In this document: positions 1 to 9,366 of the stretch, one piece after another
Layout: each line of letters opens with the position of its first letter
How positions within the stretch are numbered: position 1 is the first letter of the stretch
Source of the DNA: an archaeon
Lineage (GTDB): Archaea; Nanobdellota; Nanobdellia; Pacearchaeales; UBA284
Reading direction: 5' to 3'
Assembly (NCBI GenBank): GCA_020343435.1
Contig: CP070794.1
Coordinates: 126,413-190,412 of the forward strand
Length of the DNA: 64,000 nt
Translations under genes and position numbers: made by a program
Notes under the pieces: model-generated
Databases searched by the model: none
Told to the model about the DNA's origin: nothing
Seen by the model: the letters and a program-made list of their open reading frames with translations, nothing else

Positions 1-70
1 TTAACCACTCTTTTCTTAATGGAATTGTGTAAACTTTCTCTATTTTGGGTTCTTGTTTTTTCTTTGCCAT
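1..70 (-). CDS. rpl31e: Ribosomal protein L31e, N-terminal fragment (gene runs off the window start)
   Basis: Reverse-strand ATG at 70 gives MAKKKQEPKIEKVYTIPLRKEW..; the VYTIPLR motif is typical of the L31e N-terminus. It lies immediately downstream of L39e, as in the conserved archaeal cluster. Confidence 0.5.
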   Translation of the reverse strand, partial: MAKKKQEPKIEKVYTIPLRKEWL

Positions 71-71
71 T

Positions 72-314
72 TTAATGTTTCTTTCTTATTCTTCCTGAAA
101 TAAACTCTTTTCCAGCTCTTCTCTTAGCTGTTTTTTTAATTCTTCTCTTGATCTTGGTTCTTCTCCAGTGTCTTTTAACTCTTGTTAGAGCGGAAGGGTG
201 AGCTCTTCTTCCTTTGCCTTTAGCTTTAGGAATAACCCAAAAAGGAGTCCATTTAGTTCTCCTTTTCAATTTAGTTAATCTTGTTTTTTTAGTGTGACTT
301 TTTCTACTTGCCAT
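72..314 (-). CDS. rpl39e: Ribosomal protein L39e
   Basis: Very basic 80-aa protein with ..KTRLTKLKRRTKWTPFWVI.. and ..KRHWRRTKIKRR.., matching the L39e signature (HWRRTKL). It has a C-terminal basic extension. Confidence 0.75.
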   Translation of the reverse strand: MASRKSHTKKTRLTKLKRRTKWTPFWVIPKAKGKGRRAHPSALTRVKRHWRRTKIKRRIKKTAKRRAGKEFISGRIRKKH

Positions 315-316
315 TT

Positions 317-577
317 TTATCTTCTGAAATTAAAAGTTCGTTTACCTCTCTGAATTTCTAATAATATTGCTTTAAAATCTTGATCAGATAATGTTTGGTT
401 TATTTGGCCCATCTGAGCTGCTTGAGCAATTACAGTTATCGCTTTAATTGCTGTTTCAGGATGTGCTAATTTTACATTACCGTATCTCTGAATTGCTTCT
501 TTGCTCATAACTTTTTTTGCCATTTTTTCTAAGACAGCTAATTGTTGAGTTAATTGATTTATTTCTTGATCATTCAT
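317..577 (-). CDS. PDCD5/TFAR19-like dsDNA-binding protein (COG2118 family)
   Basis: 86 aa, helical, starting MNDQEINQLTQQLAVLEKMAKK, typical of the archaeal PDCD5-like family. It lies in the conserved S19e / DNA-binding protein / L39e / L31e cluster. Confidence 0.55.
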   Translation of the reverse strand: MNDQEINQLTQQLAVLEKMAKKVMSKEAIQRYGNVKLAHPETAIKAITVIAQAAQMGQINQTLSDQDFKAILLEIQRGKRTFNFRR

Positions 578-1002
578 TTTAATTCTTTAGCAAAGTTTTC
601 TAAAAATTCCTTACCTTTTTTATTTAATCTTCTTCCAGCATTTTTTTCTTTAATATGTTCTACTAATCCTGCTAATGTTGCTTGTTGTAATATTGTTCTT
701 ATGATTTTTCCAGAAGCTTTTTCAAATTTCTCTGGTTTCATTCCCCTATCTTTTTTAGATCCATATTTTATTCTTAATCTTGAAACTCCAACAACTCCTT
801 TAACATATAATGATCTTAAAATGCTTGCAGCTCTGATATACCACCAATCTTCATGTTCTGGTGGTCTTTCTCTTGAAGCACCTGTTTTTACAAAAACTGC
901 CCATTCAGGCATTTTAAATTCAGGAATTGTTTTTAATTTAGAGGCTAAAGCTGAAATAAACTTCTGTGGCTCAATCTCGTGAACTAAGTTTTTTTCCGCC
1001 AT
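574..1002 (-). CDS. rps19e: Ribosomal protein S19e
   Basis: 142 aa; motifs ..KMPEWAVFVKTGASRERPPE..DWWYIRAASILR..GVSRLR..YG.. are characteristic of eS19. It overlaps the next gene by 4 nt. Confidence 0.85.
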   Translation of the reverse strand: MAEKNLVHEIEPQKFISALASKLKTIPEFKMPEWAVFVKTGASRERPPEHEDWWYIRAASILRSLYVKGVVGVSRLRIKYGSKKDRGMKPEKFEKASGKIIRTILQQATLAGLVEHIKEKNAGRRLNKKGKEFLENFAKELK

Positions 1003-1241
1003 TTCTTAATAAAAACTGTGTAACCTAAGATTCTAGAAACGAATCTTTTTTCGTAGAGATTGCTTAATTTTTGACATATTTCATCACTTAATTTCTTAAG
1101 TTCTTTTTTATCTCTACAACAGCTTCTCAATATAGAAATCTTAACAAGATCGTGCTTTTTAAATGTTTTTGAGATAGTTTCTATAAAATTCTCTGTTAAA
1201 CCATTCTTACCTAATTGAAACAGTGGAATTGCTCCTTTCAT
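984..1241 (-). CDS. YhbY/CRS1-type (CRM domain) RNA-binding protein
   Basis: 85 aa; LFQLGKNGLTENFIETISKTFKKHDLVKISIL matches the YhbY/CRM fold signature (GKxGlt..). The size is typical of archaeal CRM proteins. Confidence 0.65.
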   Translation of the reverse strand: MKGAIPLFQLGKNGLTENFIETISKTFKKHDLVKISILRSCCRDKKELKKLSDEICQKLSNLYEKRFVSRILGYTVFIKKWRKKT

Positions 1242-1249
1242 AATTCTAA

Positions 1250-1648
1250 TAAGGGGTATTAGCTTTTAAACCTAATTAGATTTATAAATAAAGAGCCAAT
1301 ATCTTAAGCATGGATGATAGTTATACAAATCAGCAAGTAGCTCAGTGGTATTATACTTGTACTTGTTTTAATTCAAAACGCTCTGATGGAGCGGTTTGTA
1401 GGGGCATTCGTGAGTCTGAAAAGAGTATCCATGAAGAATATCAAAGTAATGGAAATTTAAATGGGTTATCTCTTCCTGGAATTACGAGAGTTCCAATAAG
1501 AGCTATTAAAATTCTGGAGAAAATCCTTTCAGCAGCAGATCCTATATTATTTGTGGAAGAAGAAGCAAGTAGATGTAGTCAAACAATATCTCATAGATTT
1601 GAACAGCATAGGGGCGGGCAGGTTAGATCAAGAAGGAATTTAGATCAC
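1250..1648. ncRNA. Candidate structured non-coding RNA (possibly RNase P RNA or SRP RNA); identity unresolved
   Basis: A roughly 400-bp gap between convergent/divergent genes is visibly GC-richer than the flanking DNA (runs such as ggggcgggcagg, cccccgcaggg). The only ORF in it (1310..1654, +) encodes an implausible protein (MDDSYTNQQVAQWYYTCTCF..). I could not fold it into a tRNA. Confidence 0.2.
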
Positions 1649-2173
1649 TCATAGCTTAAAACCCCCCGCAGGGATTGCTTGAAGAACTTCTTGTTTCTTA
1701 ACTTTTAATTTCTCGGCAATAATTTCAGCTACTTTTTCTTTAGGAATCCTTCCAGGCAGAATTCTGTGTTTTGTAACAAAGGGAACTGCTCTTAAAACTC
1801 CTTTTTGTTTTTTAAGATATAAAACTAGTGGGACTTTTTTCTTTTGAACTTTCCCAAGAACTCCAAAAGTCCCTTTTTTCATCTTCTTGTCCTTGTAAAC
1901 CTGATTTCCCCTGAAAATATGAACTTCAGCTGTTTTCTTTTTCTTCTTCCATTGTTGGGAAAAACAAGTACAGAATATTGAAACTTCTTTTAGATCTTTA
2001 GAACTAGGATTCTTAATTATACAAAAAGGAGATCCGGGTGTAGAAGTATGAACTATTACATCGGTAGGTTTAATTTCTTTCATTAGCCTTTCATTCTGAT
2101 CAGAATTCTTTCCACAAATAACTAACTTCTTAGAAGAAGTATAAAACCACCTATAATTAATCTTCTTCATCAT
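1649..2173 (-). CDS. NFACT-R (DUF814) domain RNA-binding protein
   Basis: VICGKNSDQNERLMKEIKPTDVIVHTSTPGSPFCII matches the DUF814/NFACT-R core (GKN..QNE....D.w.Ha....GS). Lys-rich linker. Confidence 0.5.
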   Translation of the reverse strand: MMKKINYRWFYTSSKKLVICGKNSDQNERLMKEIKPTDVIVHTSTPGSPFCIIKNPSSKDLKEVSIFCTCFSQQWKKKKKTAEVHIFRGNQVYKDKKMKKGTFGVLGKVQKKKVPLVLYLKKQKGVLRAVPFVTKHRILPGRIPKEKVAEIIAEKLKVKKQEVLQAIPAGGFKL

Positions 2174-2369
2174 TTTCTTCAGCTTCCTGTATTTCTTCTA
2201 ACTCTCCTTCACTAAACCCTTTCCTAAACCCAGTTATACATGCTGTTCGAGAACCAAGTGCCCTGTGATATTGTAAGCACTCACAACAAATCCCGTGCCT
2301 CCTACACTCTGTAAATGGACAAGGGCAATCCTGTTCATTATCTTTTTTATTCGGACATTTTTTTCTCAT
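2157..2369 (-). CDS. Small cysteine-rich (probable metal-binding) protein with acidic C-terminal tail
   Basis: 70 aa with 7 Cys, CPCPFTECRRHGICCECLQYH..C, then EEIQEAEENDEED. It overlaps cysS by 4 nt, so it is probably co-transcribed. Confidence 0.3.
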   Translation of the reverse strand: MRKKCPNKKDNEQDCPCPFTECRRHGICCECLQYHRALGSRTACITGFRKGFSEGELEEIQEAEENDEED

Positions 2370-3730
2370 TTTATCCTCCTTATTTTAGTTCCTTTTCCAG
2401 TATCATCTAAACTATATCCAAATTTTTTTAATTGTTCTCTTAATTTATCTGCTTTTTTGAAATTCTTTTCTTTTCTTGCTTTTTCTCTTTCTTTAATTAA
2501 ATCTAAAACTTTTTTTGGAATAGCAAATCTCTCTTGTTTAAACAGATCTAAACCAAAAACTTCATCTATTTTCTTAATAGTTCTTACTTTTCCTGGTGCT
2601 TTTTTATCTCTAACTAGTTTCCATAAAACTTGTAAAGCTTTTGGGGTATCTAGATCATTATTTATTGCTTTTTGGAATTCTTTTAAGTATCTTTCATTAA
2701 GTTTCTTATCATCTTTTAATTCTGAGATTATATTTTTTAATCTAAAGTAAGTTTTCTGTGCATTATCTAAATTCTTGAAAGTAAAATTCAACTGAGTTCT
2801 GTAATGTCCTGTTAAACAAAAATAACGATAAGATAGGGGATTGTAACCTTTTTTTTCTAAAGCAGTAATTGTGTACATAATTCCTTTGCTTTTTGACATC
2901 TTTTCTCCTGAAAATAAGAGCCACCTCAGATGTAACCAATAATTAACAAACTTTTTTCCTGTTGCTGCTTCAGATTGAGCAATTTCATTCTGATGATGAA
3001 TTGGGATATGTTCTTCTCCACCAGTATGAATATCAAAATGTTCTCCAAGATATTTCATAGACATTGCTGAACACTCTAAATGCCATCCTGGAAATCCAAT
3101 TCCCCAAGGAGATCTCCACTCTTGTTGCCTTAATCCTGGCTTATGAGAAAACTTCCATAATGCAAAATCTGTTTTATTTTTCTTTTCTTTTAATGTAATC
3201 CTTTTTCCTGCTTGTAAAGTTTCTTTTTTTATCTTTCCTAATTTGCCATATTGTTTAAATTTAGAAGTATCAAAATAAATTCCATCTGAAGTTCTGTAAG
3301 TTAATCCTTTTTTCTCTAGTTTTTTTATTAAATCTATTTGTTCTGAGATATGTTTTGTAGCCCAAGCCCAGATTTCTGGATTTAAGAGATTTAATTTTGA
3401 AAAATCTCTGCTAAAAACATCAAAATAATAATGGGTAATTTCAGAAGCACTTTTCCCTTCTTTTTTAGCTGCTTTCTCTACCTTATCCTCTCCTTCATCT
3501 TGATCTGAAGTTAAATGACCAACATCAGTTACATTCATCACATGTTTAACTTTATATCCATCATATTTTAGAACTCTTTTTAGAATATCCCAAGCAACAT
3601 AAGCTCTTAAGTTTCCAATATGTTGAAACCAATAAACTGTTGGCCCACAACTATAAATTCCTGCAAATCCTTTTCTAATTGGTTTAAATTCCTCTTTTTT
3701 TCTTGTTAATGTATTGTATAGCTTTAACAT
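2366..3730 (-). CDS. cysS: Cysteinyl-tRNA synthetase
   Basis: Begins MLKLYNTLTRKKEEFKP..IYSCGPTVY..HIGN (HIGH motif), has KMSKSKG (KMSKS motif) and a full-length class I CysRS architecture. Confidence 0.95.
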   Translation of the reverse strand: MLKLYNTLTRKKEEFKPIRKGFAGIYSCGPTVYWFQHIGNLRAYVAWDILKRVLKYDGYKVKHVMNVTDVGHLTSDQDEGEDKVEKAAKKEGKSASEITHYYFDVFSRDFSKLNLLNPEIWAWATKHISEQIDLIKKLEKKGLTYRTSDGIYFDTSKFKQYGKLGKIKKETLQAGKRITLKEKKNKTDFALWKFSHKPGLRQQEWRSPWGIGFPGWHLECSAMSMKYLGEHFDIHTGGEEHIPIHHQNEIAQSEAATGKKFVNYWLHLRWLLFSGEKMSKSKGIMYTITALEKKGYNPLSYRYFCLTGHYRTQLNFTFKNLDNAQKTYFRLKNIISELKDDKKLNERYLKEFQKAINNDLDTPKALQVLWKLVRDKKAPGKVRTIKKIDEVFGLDLFKQERFAIPKKVLDLIKEREKARKEKNFKKADKLREQLKKFGYSLDDTGKGTKIRRIK

Positions 3731-3765
3731 GGGAATATCAAGAAAAAGAAGTTTAAAAATTTAGC

Positions 3766-4353
3766 TTACTTAGCTTTTATCCTCACATCAAATCCAAAAG
3801 TATCGTAAGGGGTTTGGGCTGGCCCTTTTGTAACATCCACCCTAAATCTAACAAGACATAGTGGTGCATCTAAATCTGGTTCAAATCTAATAACTGTATA
3901 ATAAGTATCTCCAGGTCCTAAAGGAATGTTTCTTTCTGATTCTCCAGCAACAATCCAGTATTCTGCATCTGAAGCAGAGATCCCACATTTTTCCATTATC
4001 CTACTATCACTTACCTTTACAGTATAACCATAATCACTCTGTCTTGAACCTATATTCCTTATAGCAAACGCCACACCAAATGCCTCTCCTTGTTTTATTT
4101 CTGCCAATCTATCTGATAAATAAAGTGCTGTTCCTTGGTTATCCTCTGAAAATAATTTATTGATTTCTGCCTTTACTTTTTCGTTCATTGAAAGAACATT
4201 TTCTGTAGCTCCTCCAAAGATTTGTCTTACAAAAACTAATCCTAGAACTAATAAAACAACAGCTATTACTATAATGACCATTGTACTTACAGACATTTCA
4301 AATGCTGCTTTTTTGTTAAGTGATCTTAACTTCATTTTAACATCCAGACACAT
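3766..4353 (-). CDS. Secreted/pilin-like protein with an N-terminal class-III-like signal sequence (start probably internal, MKLRSLNKKA..)
   Basis: ..NKKAAFEMSVSTMVIIVIAVVLLVLGLVFV.. is a basic residue followed by a small residue, a hydrophobic helix and an early Glu. The globular beta-rich remainder resembles minor pilins. Confidence 0.35.
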   Translation of the reverse strand: MCLDVKMKLRSLNKKAAFEMSVSTMVIIVIAVVLLVLGLVFVRQIFGGATENVLSMNEKVKAEINKLFSEDNQGTALYLSDRLAEIKQGEAFGVAFAIRNIGSRQSDYGYTVKVSDSRIMEKCGISASDAEYWIVAGESERNIPLGPGDTYYTVIRFEPDLDAPLCLVRFRVDVTKGPAQTPYDTFGFDVRIKAK

Positions 4354-4392
4354 CTAATCTCATTTTATGGTCCTCCATCAATATCTCCTATT

Positions 4393-4599
4393 TTATTTCT
4401 TTCTTTTTGGTTTGGTTTCACAAGTGCAATAATCTTTACATCTCATAGCACATATTCCTGCAAAAATCAAGATTAGCCCCCAGAAAATTGGGTGAGCTAA
4501 AACAGGCTTAATCATATTATTAATTAAACCTTTAGAAAGTAACCAAATACCAATAACTAAAATTATATGCCCAACAATTATTGGTCCTGTTTTACACAT
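4393..4599 (-). CDS. Small two-TM membrane protein with a Cys-rich basic tail
   Basis: 68 aa with two hydrophobic helices followed by CAMRCKDYCTCETKPKRKK. No homolog recognised. Confidence 0.25.
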   Translation of the reverse strand: MCKTGPIIVGHIILVIGIWLLSKGLINNMIKPVLAHPIFWGLILIFAGICAMRCKDYCTCETKPKRKK

Positions 4600-4652
4600 T
4601 TTGCCTCTTTTTATATTGTATAAATGAATCTCGGTTTTTTAAATGTTACGAG

Positions 4653-4726
4653 TGGGAAGACGGGGATTTGAACCCCGGACTCCATGGTCTTCAGCCATGT
4701 GCTCTCCCAGGCTGAGCTACCTTCCC
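4653..4726 (-). tRNA. tRNA-Phe (GAA)
   Basis: Reverse complement GGGAAGGTAGCTCAGCCTGGGAGAGCACATGGCTGAAGACCATGGAGTCCGGGGTTCAAATCCCCGTCTTCCCA. It has a 7-bp acceptor stem, anticodon loop CTGAAGA and a GTTCAAATC T-loop. No CCA is encoded. Confidence 0.9.
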
Positions 4727-4805
4727 ATAAAAACAATAACCTAAAAGTCGTTTTAAAACTTTCTGTTTTGAGAGATTTTAAAAACCTAATTTTCTTTAAA
4801 AAACT

Positions 4806-6143
4806 ATGATTAAGTTTCATACAGTTGGTGGTTATAGTGAAGTTGGAAAAAACATGTCTATACTGGAAATTGACGATGATGCTATAATCCTTGACATGGG
4901 ATTATTCTTACCACCAATAGTAGAATTAGAGAATAAAAAAGGTGAAGTTTACACAGAGAGAAGTCTCAGAACTATTGAAGCTTTACCAGATGATAAAAAG
5001 ATTTCTAAAGATCTAAGGAAAAAAATAAGAGCTATTTTAATCGGACACGCACATCTGGACCATGTTGGAGCAGTTCCTTATATGGAGTATAATTACAAAG
5101 CTCCGATTGTAGGAACTCCATTTACAATGGAATTCTTAAAAGCAATTGCAGAAGATGGAAATTTTGTTTTGAAAAATCAAACAAGAACTGTTCATCCTAA
5201 TTCTTCTATAACAATTAAAGGTAAAAAAGACATTAAAGTTGAATTCATAAACATGACTCATTCTACATTACAAACAGCAATGGTAGTTATTCATACACCA
5301 AAAGGAGCAATTGTTTATGCTAATGACTTTAAATTTGATAATTATCCAATTATAGGTAAAAAACCTAATTATCAAAGATTAAAAGAACTAGGAAAACAAG
5401 GAGTTTTAGCATTAATTGTAGATTCTATTTATGCAAATGTAGAGAAAAAAACTCCTTCTGAGAAAATAGCTAGAGGATTATTAGAAGATGTTTTATTTAC
5501 AACAGATAATCAAAAATCAGGATTATTTGTAACAACTTTTTCTTCCCATATTGCTAGATTAAAGAGTATTGTTGATTGTGGGGTAAAACTAAATAGAAAA
5601 ATTGTTTTTGTAGGAAGATCGTTACATAGGTATGTTTCTGTAGCTTCAAAAGTTAATTTAGCTCCTTTTACAAATAAAATAAAATTAGTTCGTTATAGAA
5701 ACCAAGTTGAAAGAGCTCTGAAAAAAGTTTCAAGAGATCCTACTGAATGGATGGTTGTTTGTACAGGACATCAAGGAGAACCAGGATCTATTCTAGATAG
5801 ATTAACAAGAGGAGTTTTGCCTTACAAATTCTCAAGCAAAGATCATGTTGTATTTTCAAGTGCTGTTATTCCTTCTGTTTGGAGTATAGCAAATAGACAA
5901 AAATTAGAGAAAAAGATGAAAGCTGCTGGAACAAGGATTTTCACAGATGTACATGTCTCTGGACACTGTATGAGAGAAGATTTAAGAGACCTTGTAGGAA
6001 TGTTACAACCACAACATATTATTCCAGCACATGCAGGAATAGATAAAACAACTGCAATGGCTGAATTAGCTTCAGAATTAGGATATAAGTTAGGAAAAAC
6101 AGTTCACTTGATGCAAAACGGAAACAAATTAAGTCTGGGATAA
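4806..6143 (+). CDS. rnj: Archaeal RNase J (metallo-beta-lactamase / beta-CASP ribonuclease)
   Basis: HxHxDH motif GHAHLDHVGAVPY plus beta-CASP region motifs (..VDSIYAN.., ..HVSGHCMRED..). Length of 445 aa is typical. Confidence 0.9.
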   Translation: MIKFHTVGGYSEVGKNMSILEIDDDAIILDMGLFLPPIVELENKKGEVYTERSLRTIEALPDDKKISKDLRKKIRAILIGHAHLDHVGAVPYMEYNYKAPIVGTPFTMEFLKAIAEDGNFVLKNQTRTVHPNSSITIKGKKDIKVEFINMTHSTLQTAMVVIHTPKGAIVYANDFKFDNYPIIGKKPNYQRLKELGKQGVLALIVDSIYANVEKKTPSEKIARGLLEDVLFTTDNQKSGLFVTTFSSHIARLKSIVDCGVKLNRKIVFVGRSLHRYVSVASKVNLAPFTNKIKLVRYRNQVERALKKVSRDPTEWMVVCTGHQGEPGSILDRLTRGVLPYKFSSKDHVVFSSAVIPSVWSIANRQKLEKKMKAAGTRIFTDVHVSGHCMREDLRDLVGMLQPQHIIPAHAGIDKTTAMAELASELGYKLGKTVHLMQNGNKLSLG

Positions 6144-6147
6144 AAAG

Positions 6148-6897
6148 ATGGTGAGACAAGATATTGTAGCAATATTAAGAAATGCTCTTGAAAGAGGGGA
6201 ATCTATTCAACAAGCTAGAAAAAGCTTGGTTAATTCTGGATATAACTTTCAAGAAGTTGAAGAAGCAATTAGATATTTAAATCGCAGTAAGCTTCCTAAA
6301 GCTCCACATGCTAGAACTAAGTTTATTCCTGAATTACCCAGAGCTGGAATGAGACATTCTCCTAAAAAGTTTCCATTTTGGATAATAATTGTGATTGCTG
6401 TTGTGATCTTACTTTACTTTTTTGTTTTTTCAGGTACTGTAAGTTCTTCAGATTGTGGATCTAATGTTAATTGTTTTCTAAATAATGCTGAAAATTGCAA
6501 AGCATCTAAACTAAGCTTTTCTGGATCTGAAGATTTTTTTGGTATGGTTATTACTAGTTCCATAGATTATGAAGTTCTTGCAGGTTGTGATTTTGCATAT
6601 ACTGTTAAAGAATTTTCTTTAAGGTATAATTCAACAATTAGAGAGCAATTAATGACTTCAGGAGTTACAAGAGAAGAGATAGATCAATTAGAACAAGAAA
6701 CTAATGTTGAAATGGATAAACTTGAAGGAAAAAGAATTAGTTGTTCTGTTGAATCTAGTGAGGATCTATATTATGTTTTAAATAAGCTCTTAGTTGAAGG
6801 AGAATCTCAAGTTACTGCTTCATTAGTTCCTCAAAATGACTCAAATGCTATAGCTCCTTTCACCTTACATGGAAGAGCTGAATGTAGGGAAGGATGA
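6148..6897 (+). CDS. Hypothetical single-TM membrane protein with a cytoplasmic N-domain and a Cys-containing extracytoplasmic C-domain
   Basis: TM helix at WIIIVIAVVILLYFFVF. It overlaps the downstream GGR gene via ATGA, implying an operon. No family recognised. Confidence 0.4.
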   Translation: MVRQDIVAILRNALERGESIQQARKSLVNSGYNFQEVEEAIRYLNRSKLPKAPHARTKFIPELPRAGMRHSPKKFPFWIIIVIAVVILLYFFVFSGTVSSSDCGSNVNCFLNNAENCKASKLSFSGSEDFFGMVITSSIDYEVLAGCDFAYTVKEFSLRYNSTIREQLMTSGVTREEIDQLEQETNVEMDKLEGKRISCSVESSEDLYYVLNKLLVEGESQVTASLVPQNDSNAIAPFTLHGRAECREG

Positions 6898-8105
6898 AAA
6901 CTTATGATGTAGTTATTGTTGGTGCTGGGCCTGCAGGAGGCCAATTAGCTAGAGAACTTTCTGCAAGGGGGCATTCTATTCTTGTTATTGATAAAGAGAT
7001 GGAAATTGGAGAACCAGTTTATAGTACTGCTGGAACTTTCCCTACAATCTTTGAAGAGTTCAAATTACCTTTAAAGTTGGGTTCTTCAGGAACAAATTTT
7101 ATATTATTTAAGGGCCCAAAAAAAGAAGTTGAGTTGAGGTATAATAAACCTGAATTGCTAACTCTCAATTTTAAGGGATTAAAACAGTTTTTATTAAGAG
7201 AGGCTATAAAAAAAGGTGCAGAAAGCCTTATTGGAACAAGAGCAACCCACCCAATTTTAAAAGGTAATAAGATAATTGGTGTGAAATATACAGGAATAGG
7301 AGGATCTGGAGAAGTATACGGAAAAGTAGTTGTAGATGCATCTGGTCCAGAAGGGGTATTGGCTTCTCAATTGGGTTTACGAAAAAAAAGAGAGAAATTT
7401 CTAACCATCGGAGCAGAATTTTTGATGGAAAATCTAAATTTAGACAGAAATGGAAAAAGATTTGATTTTTGTATTGGGAAGTATATCGCTCCTGCGGGAT
7501 ATGCTTGGATTTTCCCAACAAACAAAAATGAAGCGAAGGTTGGTGTTGGTTTTGGAGTGGACCACTTAGGAAAAAATAAAAAAAGCAATCCAATCTATTA
7601 TTTACATAAATTTATCAAATCAAACAATCAACTAAAAGAAGGACAAGCCTTAGAATTTCATTCTGGTATCATATATGCAAACGGAGGGATAAAAAAATAT
7701 AGTTTAAACAATTTTTTAGTGATTGGGGAATCCGCATGCCAAACTAGTCCTCTATTTGGGGAAGGCATAAGACATTGTATGTGGTCAGGGAGATTCGCTT
7801 CTGAAGTAATTTCAAATTCTTTGAAATTAAATAATTTTTCTCAAAAAAAATTGGAGGAATATGACAAAAAGTGGAAGAAGTACATAGGATATCGGTGGAA
7901 ATATTCAGTAAAAATTAGGGAGATTGCTTCAAGATTGTCTGATGCTGAATTGGATCGTATAGTGGATGCTATAAAGGATATGGATCCTATGAGATTCCTT
8001 CATAGTTTAAGAACAGAGTTTACTAAAGAAGAAGTAATAAAGGGAGGTCTACATGTATGTGGAAAAAGATTTCTTCGTCTTTTTCAACCACACAAATCTA
8101 TTTAA
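6894..8105 (+). CDS. Geranylgeranyl reductase family FAD-dependent oxidoreductase (digeranylgeranylglycerophospholipid reductase-like)
   Basis: N-terminal Rossmann motif YDVVIVGAGPAGGQLARELSARGHSILVIDKE and GGR-family length and motifs (..GYAWIFP..). Confidence 0.85.
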   Translation: MKTYDVVIVGAGPAGGQLARELSARGHSILVIDKEMEIGEPVYSTAGTFPTIFEEFKLPLKLGSSGTNFILFKGPKKEVELRYNKPELLTLNFKGLKQFLLREAIKKGAESLIGTRATHPILKGNKIIGVKYTGIGGSGEVYGKVVVDASGPEGVLASQLGLRKKREKFLTIGAEFLMENLNLDRNGKRFDFCIGKYIAPAGYAWIFPTNKNEAKVGVGFGVDHLGKNKKSNPIYYLHKFIKSNNQLKEGQALEFHSGIIYANGGIKKYSLNNFLVIGESACQTSPLFGEGIRHCMWSGRFASEVISNSLKLNNFSQKKLEEYDKKWKKYIGYRWKYSVKIREIASRLSDAELDRIVDAIKDMDPMRFLHSLRTEFTKEEVIKGGLHVCGKRFLRLFQPHKSI

Positions 8106-8142
8106 AAACTAAGTAATTCTAATTCTTGGCTAAGGTAAAAAA

Positions 8143-9366
8143 ATGGTGAAATTCGCACATTTGGCAGATGTACATCTAGGATCCTGGAGATATCCAGAAA
8201 TGCGAGACTTAAATCTCAGAGCATTTAAACAAGCAATAGATACATGCATCCAAGAACAAGTACAATTTGTGATAATAGCAGGAGATTTATTTGATATAGC
8301 AATGCCTTCTGTGGATATCTTAAAAGAAACAGTAGCAGAACTAAGAAGATTAAAAGAAAATAACATCAATTGTTACATCATAGCAGGATCTCATGATTAT
8401 AGTGTAACAGGAAAAACCTTCATAGATGTCCTAGAAAAAGGAGGGTTCTGTAAAAACATAGCAAATGTTGATGAAGAATCCCAATTCTTAAGACTAATAC
8501 AAGAAAACAATATTTTACTAGCAGGTATTCCAGGGAGAAAAACAAGTCTAGAACTAGAACATTTTAAAAAACTAAGGTTAGAATCTCTAGAAAACTATCA
8601 AAATTTATTAAAAATATTTGTTTTTCACACAACCTTAACAGAATCTAAACCAGCTGAGATGATGCAAAGCCTAGATATCAATAATCTTCCTTCTGGATTT
8701 GATTATTATGCTGCAGGACATTTACATATCGTAGATGTAAGAAAGAAAGATAATAAACCAGTTGTTTATCCTGGTCCAATCTTTCCAAATAACTCAGAAG
8801 AATTAGAAGAGTTAAGACAAGGTTCTTTTTTTATAGTAGATTATAATAAACAAACAAAACAATGTAACTTAGAAAAGAAAGATATAAGATTCAATGATGT
8901 TCTTCTCGTTGATTTAGATGTAAATAATCTTCCAATAGAAGAAACTAATAAAAAGGTATTAGATGAATTAGAGAATAAAGATATAAAAGATAAGATCCTG
9001 ATCCTAAAAATAAGAGGTTGTTTAGCATCAGGAAAAACTCATCAGATAGATCAAGAAAAAATAAGGGAAAAGACAAAAGATGCCTACTTCTTACTAAAAA
9101 ACTTCTCAAAATTAACAACAAAAGAACTAGAAATAGATGTTGAAATAAAGAATAGAACTATAGAATCTATAGAAAATGAATTCATTGAAACTTACAAAGT
9201 TCAAGTTAATGAAGAGTTCAAAGCGCTATCAGGGTTTATACATTCTCTAATTAATAATCTAGAGTTTGAAAAGGATGAAGGAGAAAAGAAAGATGATTTC
9301 AATCAGAGAGTTTTTGAAACTGTCTCAAAAATCATACCAATAGAAAATGAAATTAAAGAAAATTAG
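8143..9366 (+). CDS. mre11: DNA double-strand-break repair nuclease Mre11
   Basis: Phosphoesterase motifs FAHLADVHLG, IIAGDLFD, GSHD and GHLH. Its end overlaps the Rad50 start. Confidence 0.9.
   Translation: MVKFAHLADVHLGSWRYPEMRDLNLRAFKQAIDTCIQEQVQFVIIAGDLFDIAMPSVDILKETVAELRRLKENNINCYIIAGSHDYSVTGKTFIDVLEKGGFCKNIANVDEESQFLRLIQENNILLAGIPGRKTSLELEHFKKLRLESLENYQNLLKIFVFHTTLTESKPAEMMQSLDINNLPSGFDYYAAGHLHIVDVRKKDNKPVVYPGPIFPNNSEELEELRQGSFFIVDYNKQTKQCNLEKKDIRFNDVLLVDLDVNNLPIEETNKKVLDELENKDIKDKILILKIRGCLASGKTHQIDQEKIREKTKDAYFLLKNFSKLTTKELEIDVEIKNRTIESIENEFIETYKVQVNEEFKALSGFIHSLINNLEFEKDEGEKKDDFNQRVFETVSKIIPIENEIKEN

Noticed and set aside
554-982. Antisense ORFs inside ribosomal-protein and other genes (554..982+, 2295..2750+, 7228..7593-, 14577..14798+, 28773..29267+, 36389..37014+, 53558..53914)
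   Set aside because: Each lies wholly within a longer ORF on the other strand that has clear homology or coherent architecture. All have low-complexity, hydrophobic translations typical of AT-rich shadow ORFs.
1290-1400. tRNA-like segment gcaagtagctcagtggtattatac...
   Set aside because: It has a D-loop-like AGCTCAGTGGTA, but no complementary D-stem partner (GAGC), no anticodon or T-arm and no acceptor pairing. It does not fold as a tRNA, even allowing an intron.
1310-1654. 114-aa ORF (+) in the long intergenic region
   Set aside because: The translation (MDDSYTNQQVAQWYYTCTCF...) has no protein-like features and a composition unlike the rest of the proteome. The region is more plausibly a structured RNA.
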